From NCBI GenBank assembly GCA_965153455.1, contig OZ234493.1, positions 35,702,213-35,766,212 of the forward strand: a stretch of 64,000 nucleotides of DNA. Direction: 5' to 3'. Below are positions 12,205 through 25,285 of this stretch, one piece after another. The stretch comes from Sphagnum compactum. Taxonomy: Eukaryota. Numbering within the stretch: position 1 is the stretch's first letter; every line of letters starts with the position of its first letter. The notes under the pieces were generated by a model. It saw only the letters and a list, made by a program, of their open reading frames with translations, made no database searches and had not been told where the DNA came from. A program made the translations under genes and the position numbers.

Positions 12205-13421
12205 CAATGGAATTTGCAGACACTTGAGATCTATATTAGCCGTATCGTCAGATCCCAGAAGCTGTAACAAGCTGGAAAAAGGATCGAAGAACAGGAGACA
12301 AGGCCTACGAGCATGGCAAAACCCTTCCGCAGGCCGATCTCTTCTTCCTCCTCTTCTTCTTCTTCTTTCTCAACTCGGCTGAGACTGCGAGAAGGGTCAC
12401 TTGAGTCACCCATAGCCGGACACTCACCAGTACCCGACAGAACCGCAAATCATTTAATCCCTTGAAGCGAGTCAGGAGTGTGTGCACCTGTGAGTGGGGA
12501 AAACAGAGAGAACACTTCAGCAGGTGTGTTGAGAAACGAGGCACAGATTCAACAAGGAATGCGCATTGTTGAATCGCGGATTGAGAAGATTGTAGTAAGG
12601 TGGCCGTCTCCTTCAAGAGCATACAGACTTGGAAGCCCATGTGACCAGGATGCAACAGATCTCCCTCGAGCCAGTACCGGTGCTTCTTCTCCTCTGACTC
12701 CCAATTACTTAAACTGCCGTGTTTCCCCATTACTCGCTATCGATTCTGGACTCAATTGAGAAGCTGATTCACAAATCTGCTGGAGAAAAGCATATTCATT
12801 ACAAAGAACATAGAACACACACAGCTTTTGTATTGCACCCAGAGCTTTCCACAAACAGAGAAAGAAGAACAAAGAACAATCATCTGGACAATTAGGCAGG
12901 AGCTTCAAACACAAGATTTGCAGATTCTGCATACCATTAGTGTAGGTTTTCTTGCAGGGCTAACCAACAGTTCAAGAATCCAAATAGCAAAGTGTAAAAC
13001 TCTTGGCTGCTTCTGAAAAGCTCAATTCATCCACAAACCCTAACCTAGGGTTTTGCAAATTTATGTATAAGTAAGTAGTGTAGTCTCTAGGGGAGGGGCT
13101 AACAACAGTCAATCAATCACTTGCAAGCATAAAAAGCTCTTGGTGATTGTGAAACAGTAAGATTCATCCTCCTGTTGATCTACATTTTGATGACTATTTG
13201 TATTTGGTACTGCTACATTCTGTTGCATCCACATTGTGAAATACTTTTGATGGGCATCACAGAAAACCTTGAAGAAAAAACTCTACCAAGTCTTCTTCAG
13301 TAGCATTTCTATGGTACAGCATGAATGTGTGTTTTTCGCACAATTTTGTAGGTTGCATTCTAGACTTCGACATGTACCATATCTCCAGATTGTCGAGCCA
13401 CCCCTAAATGCCTGCAAAACA

Positions 13422-14903
13422 CTAATCCTCACATGGCATTGAACCTGAAATCACAGTAGCCAAATCCACATATTCCGGACTCAAGAACAAGGGGTAAAAG
13501 GGTTCTGCAGATCCTTCCTGCTGGCTCTCATCCTCCACTCTGTCCACTGCTTGGACGCTCACTAATCTCTCTGTGTTGTCGGCAGTCTCTGCTAAGTATT
13601 GCTGGGCTGCAAACGCCTTCCCAGCTGCTTGTGCAAACTCTATGACTAGTTTATTTCTAGCCTTTGGGGTGAGATTGAGGTCTTTCAATCCTTCAAGAGG
13701 AGCAAAAGAGGATGCGGAATCTTTATGGTTGTATTCAGGGTCCTTGCCACCTAAGTAAGTGGTACGCAGGTAAGTGGCAGCATCATGTGCTCTTGCAGCT
13801 GCTTCAGGAGTTTTATATGTTCCTAGCCAGATCTGCTTCTTGCCACCGATACGAATCTCTGATACAAACACACCCTCCCGACATCGCACCCCTCGGAACT
13901 CCTTGGCCCTCTCCATGTCAGCTGTTGCCTTCTCGGGGTCTTGTGACTTATTGGCCACCTTCTTCCGTTTGTGATGTTTTGAAGGTGGCGCGGACTTAGA
14001 GTTCCCTGCAATGCCGGCATCTCCGCCTGTCGAAGAAGCTCCGATGATTCTTTCACAATCTCTATCTCTTTTCTTCGAGACATGTTCTTCGCTCAATTTG
14101 CTGGGTACCAGCGTAGAATCTCCAAAAAGGGAGCGTGAAGCTCCACTAGGGTCGTATGAAATACGTGACTCTTTCTTATTTGCATAATCAAGAAGGAGAT
14201 CTGAAGCGGCCTTAACTTGATATGCAACTTCCGAAGCTTCCTCAGTAGCTTTAGCTACATGTCCTGAAAGGAGTTCTGAAGCTACCCTGATCTCATCTGC
14301 GACTTCTGACGGTTGTTCCAGGCATTCTAAAGCTTTAAAGACTGTGGTTACAATTGAGAACTTGGCAAGGTTCTTCACTTCATCTAGAACTGAAACTTTC
14401 TCAACAACAGCAGCTGTACCTGCAGACGTCAAGCCGTTCTCAGACTCGCGATTAATTAGCATCGTGCGAAGGTTCTGATTCTTCCTGCCCGCACCCATTA
14501 GGCTTCTAGTTCTCACACTCCGCAAGGGCAGGAGGAGTGAAGTGTCGGGACTGCGACGTTGCGTATGGCGAGAATTATATCTGTCCGAGGCTCGATTTTC
14601 TGTTGGAGGTAACACATATGTTGGGAGAGGCCGTCGTATCGGGCGAGACTTGTCAATCCAGGCTCGATTTTCTGTTGGCGGTAACACAGATGTGGGGAGA
14701 GGCCGTCGTATGGCGCGAGCATTATCCACCCAGTCTCGATTTTGTCTTCGAGTAAACACCGATGGTGTGCGAGGGGGTGGTGTCGCGCGAGAATCATCCT
14801 CCCGGTCTCTATTTACTGTTCGAGGCAACACAGATGCTGGGTGAAGCCGGGAAGACGAACAATCCCTCAATCCGGGCGAAGAATAGGTAAAATCTCGCAT
14901 CAT
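13422..14903 (-). CDS. Single-exon AP2/ERF-domain transcription factor (divergent DREB-like)
   Basis: ORF of about 490 aa from the first ATG at 14903. AP2 domain FRGVRCREGVFVSEIRIGGKKQIWLGTYKTPEAAARAHDAA, preceded by a basic NLS-like KHHKRKK. The tail is acidic. Confidence 0.88.
   Translation of the reverse strand: MMRDFTYSSPGLRDCSSSRLHPASVLPRTVNRDREDDSRATPPPRTPSVFTRRQNRDWVDNARAIRRPLPTSVLPPTENRAWIDKSRPIRRPLPTYVLPPTENRASDRYNSRHTQRRSPDTSLLLPLRSVRTRSLMGAGRKNQNLRTMLINRESENGLTSAGTAAVVEKVSVLDEVKNLAKFSIVTTVFKALECLEQPSEVADEIRVASELLSGHVAKATEEASEVAYQVKAASDLLLDYANKKESRISYDPSGASRSLFGDSTLVPSKLSEEHVSKKRDRDCERIIGASSTGGDAGIAGNSKSAPPSKHHKRKKVANKSQDPEKATADMERAKEFRGVRCREGVFVSEIRIGGKKQIWLGTYKTPEAAARAHDAATYLRTTYLGGKDPEYNHKDSASSFAPLEGLKDLNLTPKARNKLVIEFAQAAGKAFAAQQYLAETADNTERLVSVQAVDRVEDESQQEGSAEPFYPLFLSPEYVDLATVISGSMPCED
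14520..14840 (-). repeat. 72-bp (24-aa) coding tandem repeat inside the AP2 gene, about 4-4.5 copies
   Basis: Homologous units occur at 14589, 14661, 14733 and 14805, encoding VLPPTENRAWIDKSRPIRRPLPT-like peptides. Confidence 0.85.
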
Positions 14904-15844
14904 GTGATCTCTGATTCTACAGCAGCAGCAGCTAAATTTCTCTTTTCTCACTCACAAGTCTAACAAGAAGAAGCAGTCTACGCAGCTTACCACATCACTA
15001 TCAATCCCCAAAATCTCTTTGTTATCTGAGCAACATCTTTCTAGACTTCTCTCAACTAAACAAACACAAGAGAACAAGAAGCAGTTGACACTCACTCACT
15101 CACTCCCCTCTACTACCCACCATATCCCGTCAATCCACAGACATCGACTCTCCCAGCAAGCGATGGACCAATTCTCCCTTTCCCACGAGAATAAAACTGG
15201 ATGATCGATCCCTTTCCGTAGAAGTTCGATCTCCCGACAAAATTTGACGGATTGGGAGCTCAATGTGTTCCTTCAAAATATCCATGCCGACGGACGCCGG
15301 CCTTGACCTCTGCCGACGCCAGCTCCGAGTGTTTTTCGGAGCGTCCCCTTATGTCAACGCTCCCATCCATCGGTACGCATATGTGTGCACTGGTTCAAAG
15401 CCCATCCTCAAAGAGGGCATCAGAAACAAGGGGTGTGTCATATGATGGCCTTGGCATTTACATTAAAAAGTATCTTATGGCAAAAGAAGAATTATGGAAA
15501 TTCAAATATTTCACCATGCAAAAATATATTCTTCAAAAAAATCCTCTAAAGGAAACCAAAATCCTTCAAGATATCATAACTCTATGACTAATTTCAAGTT
15601 TCAACACAAGCCAAAATATCATCTTTCTAAAATCCTCCTACAAAAATGGACCTACTACTACCTAGGGGCCGAAATCCATTAAGCTACTAAACTCTATGAT
15701 GAATCTAAACACAATATCTATGCCTGGGTAGGCAAGGCCAACAAAGTTCCCAGGTCTCTCGTCCTTCATCCCCAACTTACCAGTGTAAACTTTTGAAGGA
15801 TTCTTGAAAGTGGCCCTAGTGGTTGTTGTGTGCTTGAGCTAGGA

Positions 15845-16211
15845 AGAGCATTTCCAGTCGTGCTCAATATGTGATACTGCACAATAACATTGGATGAAGA
15901 AATGTCAAAATATGCTGGTTCGGTTCAGGAAAATGGTTTTGGCTCAGCATAATTCCACAGTTTGGGGTGGCTGGTTAAAGGTGCAGCAAGGAGTGCAGAA
16001 GAGTGTAATAAATATGATCTGACTCGTGCTCAGTGTTTCTGATTGGCGATCATTAATGATTGGTCCAGGTGGTTTGCTATTAGTAGTCCCGCACCTATTT
16101 GCTGTCCTTGTTTAAGTTTTATGGGTTGGGTTGCAAAAAAGTATTTAACTAAACTTGGATGTGAAAATTATTTGTGAAGGGTCACATACTGAGCACCACT
16201 GGAGATGCTCT
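15845..16211 (-). mobile_element. MITE with AGAGCATCTCCA-type terminal inverted repeats (PIF/Harbinger-like)
   Basis: Left end AGAGCATTTCCAGTCGTGCTCAATATGTGA, right end TCACATACTGAGCACCACTGGAGATGCTCT. The interior is homologous to 34123-34492 in the opposite orientation. Confidence 0.75.
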
Positions 16212-16793
16212 GACTCAGGTTGCCACACTCATATGCCTGGTTATCTTTTGACTGGCTATGCAGAAAAAATAAAATAAAATAATAACATATGACTATTTTC
16301 CCCTTTGGAGGTATGGTGTATTTGGCTATTTCAAGCTGCATTGTGTATGTGAATAGTGGCTTTTTCATTTTTATAAAGTCTGAATTTAAGTTATAGTAGA
16401 AAAATTTGTGGAGCCATTTGTTGAGTCTTGGAGGATTGGAATGGCAAAGCTTGGTGAAAGATGTCATGGCCAATGACTTAAGCTACTTAATTACAATTTA
16501 GAAGTTAAAGATTAAACACTAGCAATTTCTTCAAGTCTATAAAATTCAAAATAGAAACTGAAATCACATGAACAAATTACAATGCATAAAAAGAAAATTG
16601 ACAAATCATGTGAAGGAGTTGAACGTTTGTCTTAGAAGACATTGTCCTCATTGGTAGTGCATGATCCCGACATGCAAGCTACACATTAGATGAGAACTAC
16701 AAAGGCAAATAAATGGGATTAAAGAGAGAAGGAGAAGTTTACCCAAAGCTCAAACTAATCGTGCATCATGAAAGTGTTGTTTTTTCTAATGAA

Positions 16794-19700
16794 CTACCGA
16801 AGCCATAAGATCCCTTCTTGCCTTCTCATCAATCCATCGTCATAAGGAAAAGTGTCAACAATATAGAACAATTCTACAAACATACACACCACCAAATCCA
16901 AATGTTCATAAAGCTGATTGCATAATCTTGTCTCCATGGATGTCAAAGTTGAGAAAGTTTTCTCATCTTTCACAAATCCCATAATTTGAACCTCAACTAA
17001 CTCCACCACTTCCATGAACTCAGAAAGTTCAACACATAATGATGCATTGAAAAAAAAATTCTTCCAAAGTTTGGACATTGGATTCAGATCCATGGGTTGG
17101 TTTGTAGCCCATTGAGCATTGGACATCATTGGTTCTTGAAAAAAAAAATTGTAAGTCCAAAATATTCACATCAAGATCTTTTGAAATCCAAGTTTGGGTT
17201 GATCTTAGCTTTTTGGGCTAGTAGTAAAAGCCTTTCACAATGGTCATATGAATAGGAAAGGTCTATTCACATGAAGATTTTAGCCACTGCTATGGATACA
17301 CCAATGCTACAACATCCATCACATCTTGGGTAGGAAACCACTTCTCAAGTTCATCACTAGCCTTAATTGTTGTTTCAAAACAATGTTTTTTCACATTATT
17401 AATGGTCTACTAGAAAATAACACGAATCACCTAAGGTGATGTCTTGAAACAATGAAAATGCATTAGAAATTGAATATTCAAATTAGATGCCCATTCATCA
17501 CTACAAGGTTTCTTGTCAATATCAACCCATGTGTTTGTGATTTGTGTCCAAATCAACCATTTTTACAACTACCAATGGGATTATCCTTTTGTGCCACATG
17601 CTAAAAACAACTTATACTCACATATACAACTGTAAAATTGTTTTAAATTGCATATGCAACTATGATTTACAACCATTGCTAGTTTGGATGAAAATGCAGA
17701 TGAAAAATGTAATCATGTCATCCAACAACTAATGGTATTCAAGGATAGATGAAAATTTAGTTATTTTTGCGAATGGTAATGTGGTTCATAGGCAACTAGA
17801 CACCACATGACATCTTATTCAACTTGAATTGTGACTATAAATTATAGTTGCAAATATACATGTGTTAAGTTGTGGCAAAAAAAATGTTATGGCTGATGAA
17901 TTATTGGATTTGGTGGTTTGAAGTTTTTTTGTTAATTATATCGAATGGAAAAATAATTAAATATACAACAAATTTTGGTAGGTTTGTGGAAATTCTAAAA
18001 GACCATTGAAAAGGGTAAAAATTAACCATCATTTTCAATTTCAGCATAATAAGGTTGTGTGTAGGTGTGAACATTTTTTTTGAACAAATGTGATTATTGG
18101 ATTTGGTGGTTTGGATTTATAATAATTATTTATAGCTAGGGTTTTTATACATTATAATTTATTTATTTTTAAAAAAAATTGTGTTGAAGCCAGAATAGAC
18201 CAATTTAACTTATTAAAATAACTTTAAATAGTCAAAAATGTCCTAAGGTGGAATAGTTTAAAATAACCTAGGGTAAAATCATTTATAATAAACTATGACA
18301 AAATAACATGAAATAGCCTAGGTTAATTAGTCTAAAATAATGAAGTAGAATAGTTCAAATAATAAATATATTAACTTTAATTAATTTTAAGTAGAATAAA
18401 TTAAAATACTTGAAAATAATCTAAGGTAGAATAATTTAAAATATTCGAAAATAACCTAGGTTGGAATAGCTTAAAATAAATAAAATAAATTATAATAACT
18501 TAAAATACCTATGGTGGAATAATTTTAATATAACCAAGAACAGTCTAAAATAATTCAGCGTAGGGTGAAATATCCTATAATAGCCAAGATTAACCTAAAA
18601 TAACCAAGAATAACTTATGATACAATAACCTATAATAGCATAAGGTGGAAAAGCCTAAAATAGTTGATAATAACCTAAGGTATAATAACCTAGAATAATA
18701 ATAAGTAATTTAAGGTAAAATAATTTAGAATAGCTTAGAGTGGAATAACCTAGAGGCTAGAATATTTGAAAATAGCCCAAGATAATTTAATAGATTAAAA
18801 TAATTTAATATTCCTTAATAATTAATAAATTAATTTAGGACAACTAATTAAGGTTTAGCCTAAAATAGGTTGTTTAATTTAACCTAGATTAAGTAGTTAT
18901 CATGATTACATTAATTTTTAAATTATTATTTATTGCCACATGTACATCATTTAATGGACAATCTTTATCCAAACGGTGGAAAAAATTTCACCACGTGTAT
19001 ACATCCTAAGTTTCTATGTCATATGTGATTACACATTTTAATTACAAATTTAGTTGCAAATGGTCATGCCTTACAAGCATATGCAATTACACACTTTAGT
19101 TGTAAAAAATAATCATAAATGACCATGCCATGTTGGCCAGTGGTTAGTTGAACGAAAAGTTCATTTTAATCGCACCTTGATGTGATTACCATTGCAACTG
19201 GGTGCCATGTCATGTCTTTTGCAATTGACATTTTATGTGACTTGTCTAAGGCAACTAAACATTATAGTAAGTTGCATGTGGCATTTGTGACTAAAAAAAC
19301 CAATTATTAATATGCAAATTTCTTACAGTGTCATGCACCACCACATTTTATGTCCCATTTAACAAGTTTTGGCACCCATTGAACACATCATTCATCTAGG
19401 CATTATGGTATAGCAGTAAAGATTTGTTTGGCACAACTTGATTGTGGCAACAAAATCACATACAAAACACTATTAGTACTAAGAGAGTTTAATCAATTCA
19501 TTCAACCTCTCAAGCATGGCCATGATATAAGAGAGCCCAAACATTACTTCTGAACCACAAAAAAAAACATATTATAGATAGGATGTTGATAATGCCAACA
19601 TCTTGATGCAATTTCAAAACCAAGGGACAATACTCAAATAAATCTCTCTTAGTCGGGAACAACATTGAAATCTAGTAGGTTTTGATGTTTTTCAAAATCC

Positions 19701-20560
19701 GTTGACCCCTTATTTCCATGATGTTGGCTAGTTCAACAAACTCTTAGATTCTCTTTAGACTATATGAAAAAAATATGCATACAAGCTCTATAACACATCC
19801 TCAAGTTTTCCCACAATGCTCAATTTGGAAAGAATTTGAACTGCCAAATTGGTGTAATGGTTCATACAATGCATGCCAATCAAGAATGTTGCATTCTAAT
19901 GTTTCAAGTAAACTGTCACACCTATTTTAACACCCTGAAAAACATTCACCCCATTAGCTCCAAATGTGATTAGTTTGGATGCAATTGTATCTTGAATCAA
20001 TTCACCAAAAAAATCATGGCATCCATTAGAATGCACTTCAAATTACTATTAGTGGCCCCCTCAACCACTCATGCATGCAAAATGCCATCTCTTAACCACT
20101 TGTGTTTGACCAATGGTTTTTGGAAACATTTTGACATCAAGGAATTGCAACAACTTGTTCATGCTTTCATAATCAATCAACATGTGGAAACAAATAGAAA
20201 ACTACACCAATGTTTTTAACCTTTCTCCAACATCAACATGGCAAACTTGCCTAAAAATTATGTATTTTTTGGTTGCTATAGATAATCTTTCATTCTTGGC
20301 ATGGACATAGTCTTTATTCATGTAATATTCACTAGCACTACAAACTTTTAGGATTATTATTAAGGCCTTCCTCCTTATACCATGCTTTTAGATATTCTTG
20401 AATGTAAGGGCTAGCCAACAACTTTTCCTTGCCCTCTATTTTGGTGCCTTCCTTTGTTCATCCACCATAAACTCAACCCATTGAAGTTTAGCACTCCAAA
20501 TATCCTTAAACACCTTATTTTGTTCATAATCCTTCCCTTTCCTTTTAACCTTTTCAACAA
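16794..20560 (-). mobile_element. Decayed hAT transposase (ZNF862-like), interrupted by an insertion at about 17545-19330
   Basis: C-terminal dimerisation-like motif VKDEKTFSTLTSMETRLCNQLYEHLDLVVCM at 16794-17129. Upstream remnants GANGVNVFQGVKIGVT and HCMNHYTNLAVQ lie near 19830-19970. Many stops and frameshifts. Confidence 0.75.
17545..19330. mobile_element. Non-autonomous CACTA-like element, left terminus eroded
   Basis: Right end TTTCTTACAGTG (reverse complement CACTGTAAGAAA). TTGCAACT/AGTTGCAA subterminal motifs and an AT-rich AATAACCTAGG core give the same architecture as 57934-60484. Confidence 0.6.
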
Positions 20561-23500
20561 AAATCCAAAGATTTACATCAAAAATAAGTTCAACAAAAAG
20601 CGGGGAAAGGGGGGAATCTAGTTGTTACTAATAGATGCAACATTGATTAATTCAATTTGAAAAAAAAATTGGAGGATGCAAAAAGGCCATGCTCAATGAA
20701 AAGGGTCAAGAGCAATGAAAATAAAGGCTCAACAAGAATAGATAAACACTAAATCCTAAACCCTAACAAATTGAATGAGAAACACTTAAAAGAAAACAAG
20801 GATTTGATTTGACTAAATGTATTGTGAAAGTTACAACTATAAGATCTTACCTTTATATTATGTAGCTACTAAATATCTATAAGACCTTGGAACCTTGCTT
20901 AATGAAAAGGATTAAACTAGTGAGGATGTTAAAAAAAACTAAATAGTGAAAACAAGGGACAACAAGAATAGACAAGCATTAAATGAAATAAGTTCAATAG
21001 AAATCACTGAGGATTCAATTTGATTAAATGTAATGCAAAAACAACAATTGTCAAAGGTTACTTTTACATTGTGCAACTATTGTTTTGTAAAAGCCTAGTG
21101 CATTTTTCAATGAAAAGGATAGAACTAGTGAGCACATTGGAAAGGACTAAACTATGAAAACAAGGGACAAGAAAAGCAAATGAGCACTAAACCTTAAACC
21201 CTAAACTTGAATGAACTAAATGAGAAATGTTCAACAAACAACAAAGATATATTTGACTCAACTAAATGCAATGCAAAAATGACAACTATAAAATCATACT
21301 TTTGCATTGTGCAATTGCTACTTTGTAAAACCTCAAAGCCCTATTCAATGAAACAAATTAAACAAGGGAAAATAAAGGACAACAAAAACAAATGACCATT
21401 AAACCTTAAACCCTAAACTTATGTGGAACTGAATGAAAGATGTTCAACAAAAAGAAAGGATATTCAACTCATTTAATGCAATACATAAATGACAAAGGAC
21501 TATAAGAATTAACTTTTATAGTTTTTTATAAGACCTTAAAACCTTTTTGACATTTTGTAAGTTGCGAGTTGTGAGTTATCCTAATTCTTTAAATCCCATC
21601 CCAAATCAATGAAGTTTAGATAGCAATGAGCACATAAGTGTTGGCAAAAGCACACATCACACAATGCACACATGAATTTAGATTCCAAATTTCAAATTCC
21701 ATCCACATTGAATCCCAAATCCCAACATTATTTAAAGCTTCAAGGTGGGCACTAGAAACTTATAAGTTGCTACTCATTGGCTAGATGCAAATACCAATTG
21801 GTTTTCAACAATCAAAGAATCAAAATCTCGCTTTCAACTTGTTGTTTGAATCGTCCCTTGCACAACACACATGGAATGCATCGTAAGTTCTAACAATAAC
21901 ACAATCTAGCAACAACAATTTCAATTACATTGCCAAAGATGGTGAATATCACCACTTTGTATGCAACAAATGACAAGCCCTATGTAATTTTTTCATTGTT
22001 TTAGCGAAGGATGACAATTTGACAAATAGGCATTGTCGCCATTTAGTGGATGTATAAATCAAGCTTATCATGTGCAATGATAGGCATTAGGGTTTAGGAT
22101 AAACCATAGGCAAAAGACATTCCTGGGTGTGTAGCCTTTAGGTGATTTTGCCCTAATTTTCATCCTAGTTTTTAAGCATACATGTAGAAGAGGTAAATTC
22201 TAGGTCAAAAATTGATGATATTTTGCCATTAAAAAAACATTGCAATTTACTTTAAGGATGATTCTATTTATTATTATGTGTAGGGGAAGGCTTATTCTTG
22301 AGGGCCTTCCCTAATATGAAGGTCATAGCCTCAACGGCTTAAGCACCAAATTTAGGGTTTCTTTCCATAACATAAAGTACAATAACTTTTTATTTGAATT
22401 GGAGAAGGTCTCTGATAGTTCCTTTCAATTGAAGGAAACATTTTTTATGTGGGAGGTCCACACTAAATATGCTTTCAAATACAAAGAAAAAAATCTTGGG
22501 GTGCTTTATGTAGTCAATGTTTTCATGTTCTCATGGATAGAGGTTTAGTCATTTGGGAAAACTTTGTCATGTATGGAGGTTTTGCGGTAGGTTAGACTTG
22601 TAAACATAGGTGTAACTAGCATAAGGTGCCTACCCAAAACAATAACCAAATTGTGGGCCTTTAACAAAAATGTAAAATCCCACCTAGAAACCAAAGGTGA
22701 CCTTCAGTGCCAAGAGGGAATATTATGGATTTAAGGTGCCCTCCAAATACACTGGGAAATCTCTAACAAGTCATTACATACAAAAAAATTGAACCCATGA
22801 GCCCACACAATCCATCAATTCATCAAAAAAGAAACAAAATCAATTTGTTCATTGGGAAAATGGAATCGGATTGAGAATGTATAATAGATAAGGTAAATTT
22901 ATTGAATGAGAAAATGGAAATGGATTAAATTACTAGCAAAACAATGTTGATTACCATGAATTAATCAAGGCACATTAATGCCGAAACTATTCTAGTATTA
23001 AAGACCCTTGAGCTAGTTATCGGACGTAGTCAATGGCACAAGTGTACCTTCTGTAACCAGTCAGTCCATCCACTTGAGGGTAATATATGAAAGTTAACCT
23101 ATCAACAATGAGGAGGAACCTGTCAAAATGTGTTAGGAAGGTTCTAATCTCTAGTGTACCAAAATGCAAGATGCCACGAGAATATGATATATAACTCTCC
23201 AACTAATGTCCAATGTTGTGCTGCCACCTAAGAAGCATTATGGTCATTTATGGATTCAAAATGTGTATGAATTTGGTAAATTTGCTAAAGGGGACAATGA
23301 AATTGAGCTTCATCATCACCACCAATAATTGTGGAAGTCATTTCAATATTCAAAAAAAAATATGGTTTCCCTTGTCAATTTTGTGAGCTCTTTAACCAAC
23401 CAGTCCAAAGTCTAGTAGGAAATATTCCTTTAGTCACCTTCTAGTCTGAGTTTTGATATTGATGTAAGAAGCTATTTGGTAGATTGTGTTGGCTCATGCT

Positions 23501-25285
23501 TACTTTGGTCTTGGGTGCAGTCACAGTAACATGTATCACAGCAAATGTTATTAATGTTTGATGTTCCATGTTATTGAAAATGTAATTTAATTTCGTGTTG
23601 AAATTGTAGGATTTACTTATATGATAACATTCATAATATATCATGGGAACTTGTGAATAATTTGAAATTAATCAAATGAATAAAAAATATGAAAAAACAT
23701 TAATAAAACATTGTAATTAGTGTTTTTAAACAATAAAAGGACATGTTTACTAACTTTAATTTTTTTCAAATGACATATTTTGGCAAATTTTTAATGCAAG
23801 ACTGATCAAAGTACTATAAAAAAAATTATCATGATTTTAAAAGATTTTTTCAAAGGCTTTTTCAAAAATATTCTAGGAATATTTTCTCAAAAGCAATAAA
23901 AAAGCAAGCGAATGTAGCTCATGTTATCCTGTTTGCACCCTCTTATCAAAATGGTTTTAAACATTAAAAAATATTTTTTTAAACCAAATTGGCCAAGAAA
24001 ATGATTGAAATCAAATTTTCATGAAAATAATTTTTTTTGGAATTTGTTTTTGGACTCATTGGGATACTGAAACTTAATAGTAAATTTCAATGAATAAGGT
24101 ATTAGATAATATAGTGGCCTTAATGTTTCTTTTAGTTGTGTGGTACACAACAATGAAGTGAATAACCCTGGAAAACATTTTGCCTTTAATAGAGAGAAAC
24201 ATAAAAGGGGAGAGGAGCTTAATGCACTTTCTAAAAGGACTATTCCTAAGGAGCTCTTTCACTACTTGCCCCACCTCTTACTATAACTTTAAGATTATAC
24301 CACCCTTAAACATTAAAGAAACCCTGAGTTATTTCAGCAACACGTCGTAGATTTGTCAGTAGTTTGGAGGTGGTTCGAATCTTAGAACTTAAGTTGCAAT
24401 TATTATTGTGAAGGCCTCAAATTTTGATCTATGCATTTGACATTGAAGGTTAATTTACGTTAAACCTTACTAAATGCATATCACTCTCCATCACAAGTGA
24501 CACAATTGAAGTTAGAAACCTTTTGATATCAATGATTCATTATTCAAATCATGCAATCCATGTATTACTACTCTAGTGTGCAATGAACTTTGAAGTGTAT
24601 TTTTCTTGGTACAAATTCAAAACCACACTCTTGAGATAGACTAACAATTTTTAGGCAAAGTGTTGTGCACCTTGACATCTACCATTTCACACAATTCCAC
24701 TATTTCCCAAGGAAGCTCAAAAAATAAGTTACCCACTAGATCGTGCACAATGGAAAAATCTAGGAGCTTTTTAAAGGTCACACACCACCTTGCATTTGCT
24801 TCCAAAAGTAAGGATCAGAATTACAATTTTGAGCACAATTGGAACTCAATATGTTTGCCTTGCTCAAGGGGTTGAAATTTGTAAAACACAAGGTTTGACT
24901 AAACAATCATATGGTTCATTCTTTCAAATCTTGCAAGCATTATACATTTAGTAGAGGTACAATGTTATCACATATGGAATTTGAATGAAATTGGTATAGA
25001 GCACATGTTTTGGCCAAGTGCATATGGGTACATTCAAGGTGATAAGAACTAATGGAACACCTTTAATGACTACTTATTATCAAAATGTTCTTTAAATGTT
25101 TTAGGAATATTTCATTTGTAGATTGAAAAAAATTCATTAAAATTTTATTATAACCCCAAAAAATGTTGCATTACATTATTCTGTAAATATATTTTTTAAA
25201 AATATTCTCAAAAAAATTTCATTTCAAATTTTTTAAGAATCATTTAAAAGTCCATTAAGCAATTCATTGCAAACATCCCATCCCA

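Noticed and set aside
11750-12382. 210-aa plus-strand ORF
   Set aside because: Antisense shadow of the GC-rich CPT exon 1, with no recognisable motifs.
12305-12730. 141-aa minus-strand ORF with a poly-Lys end
   Set aside because: The basic tract comes from a GAA/GGA microsatellite, and no domain was recognised.
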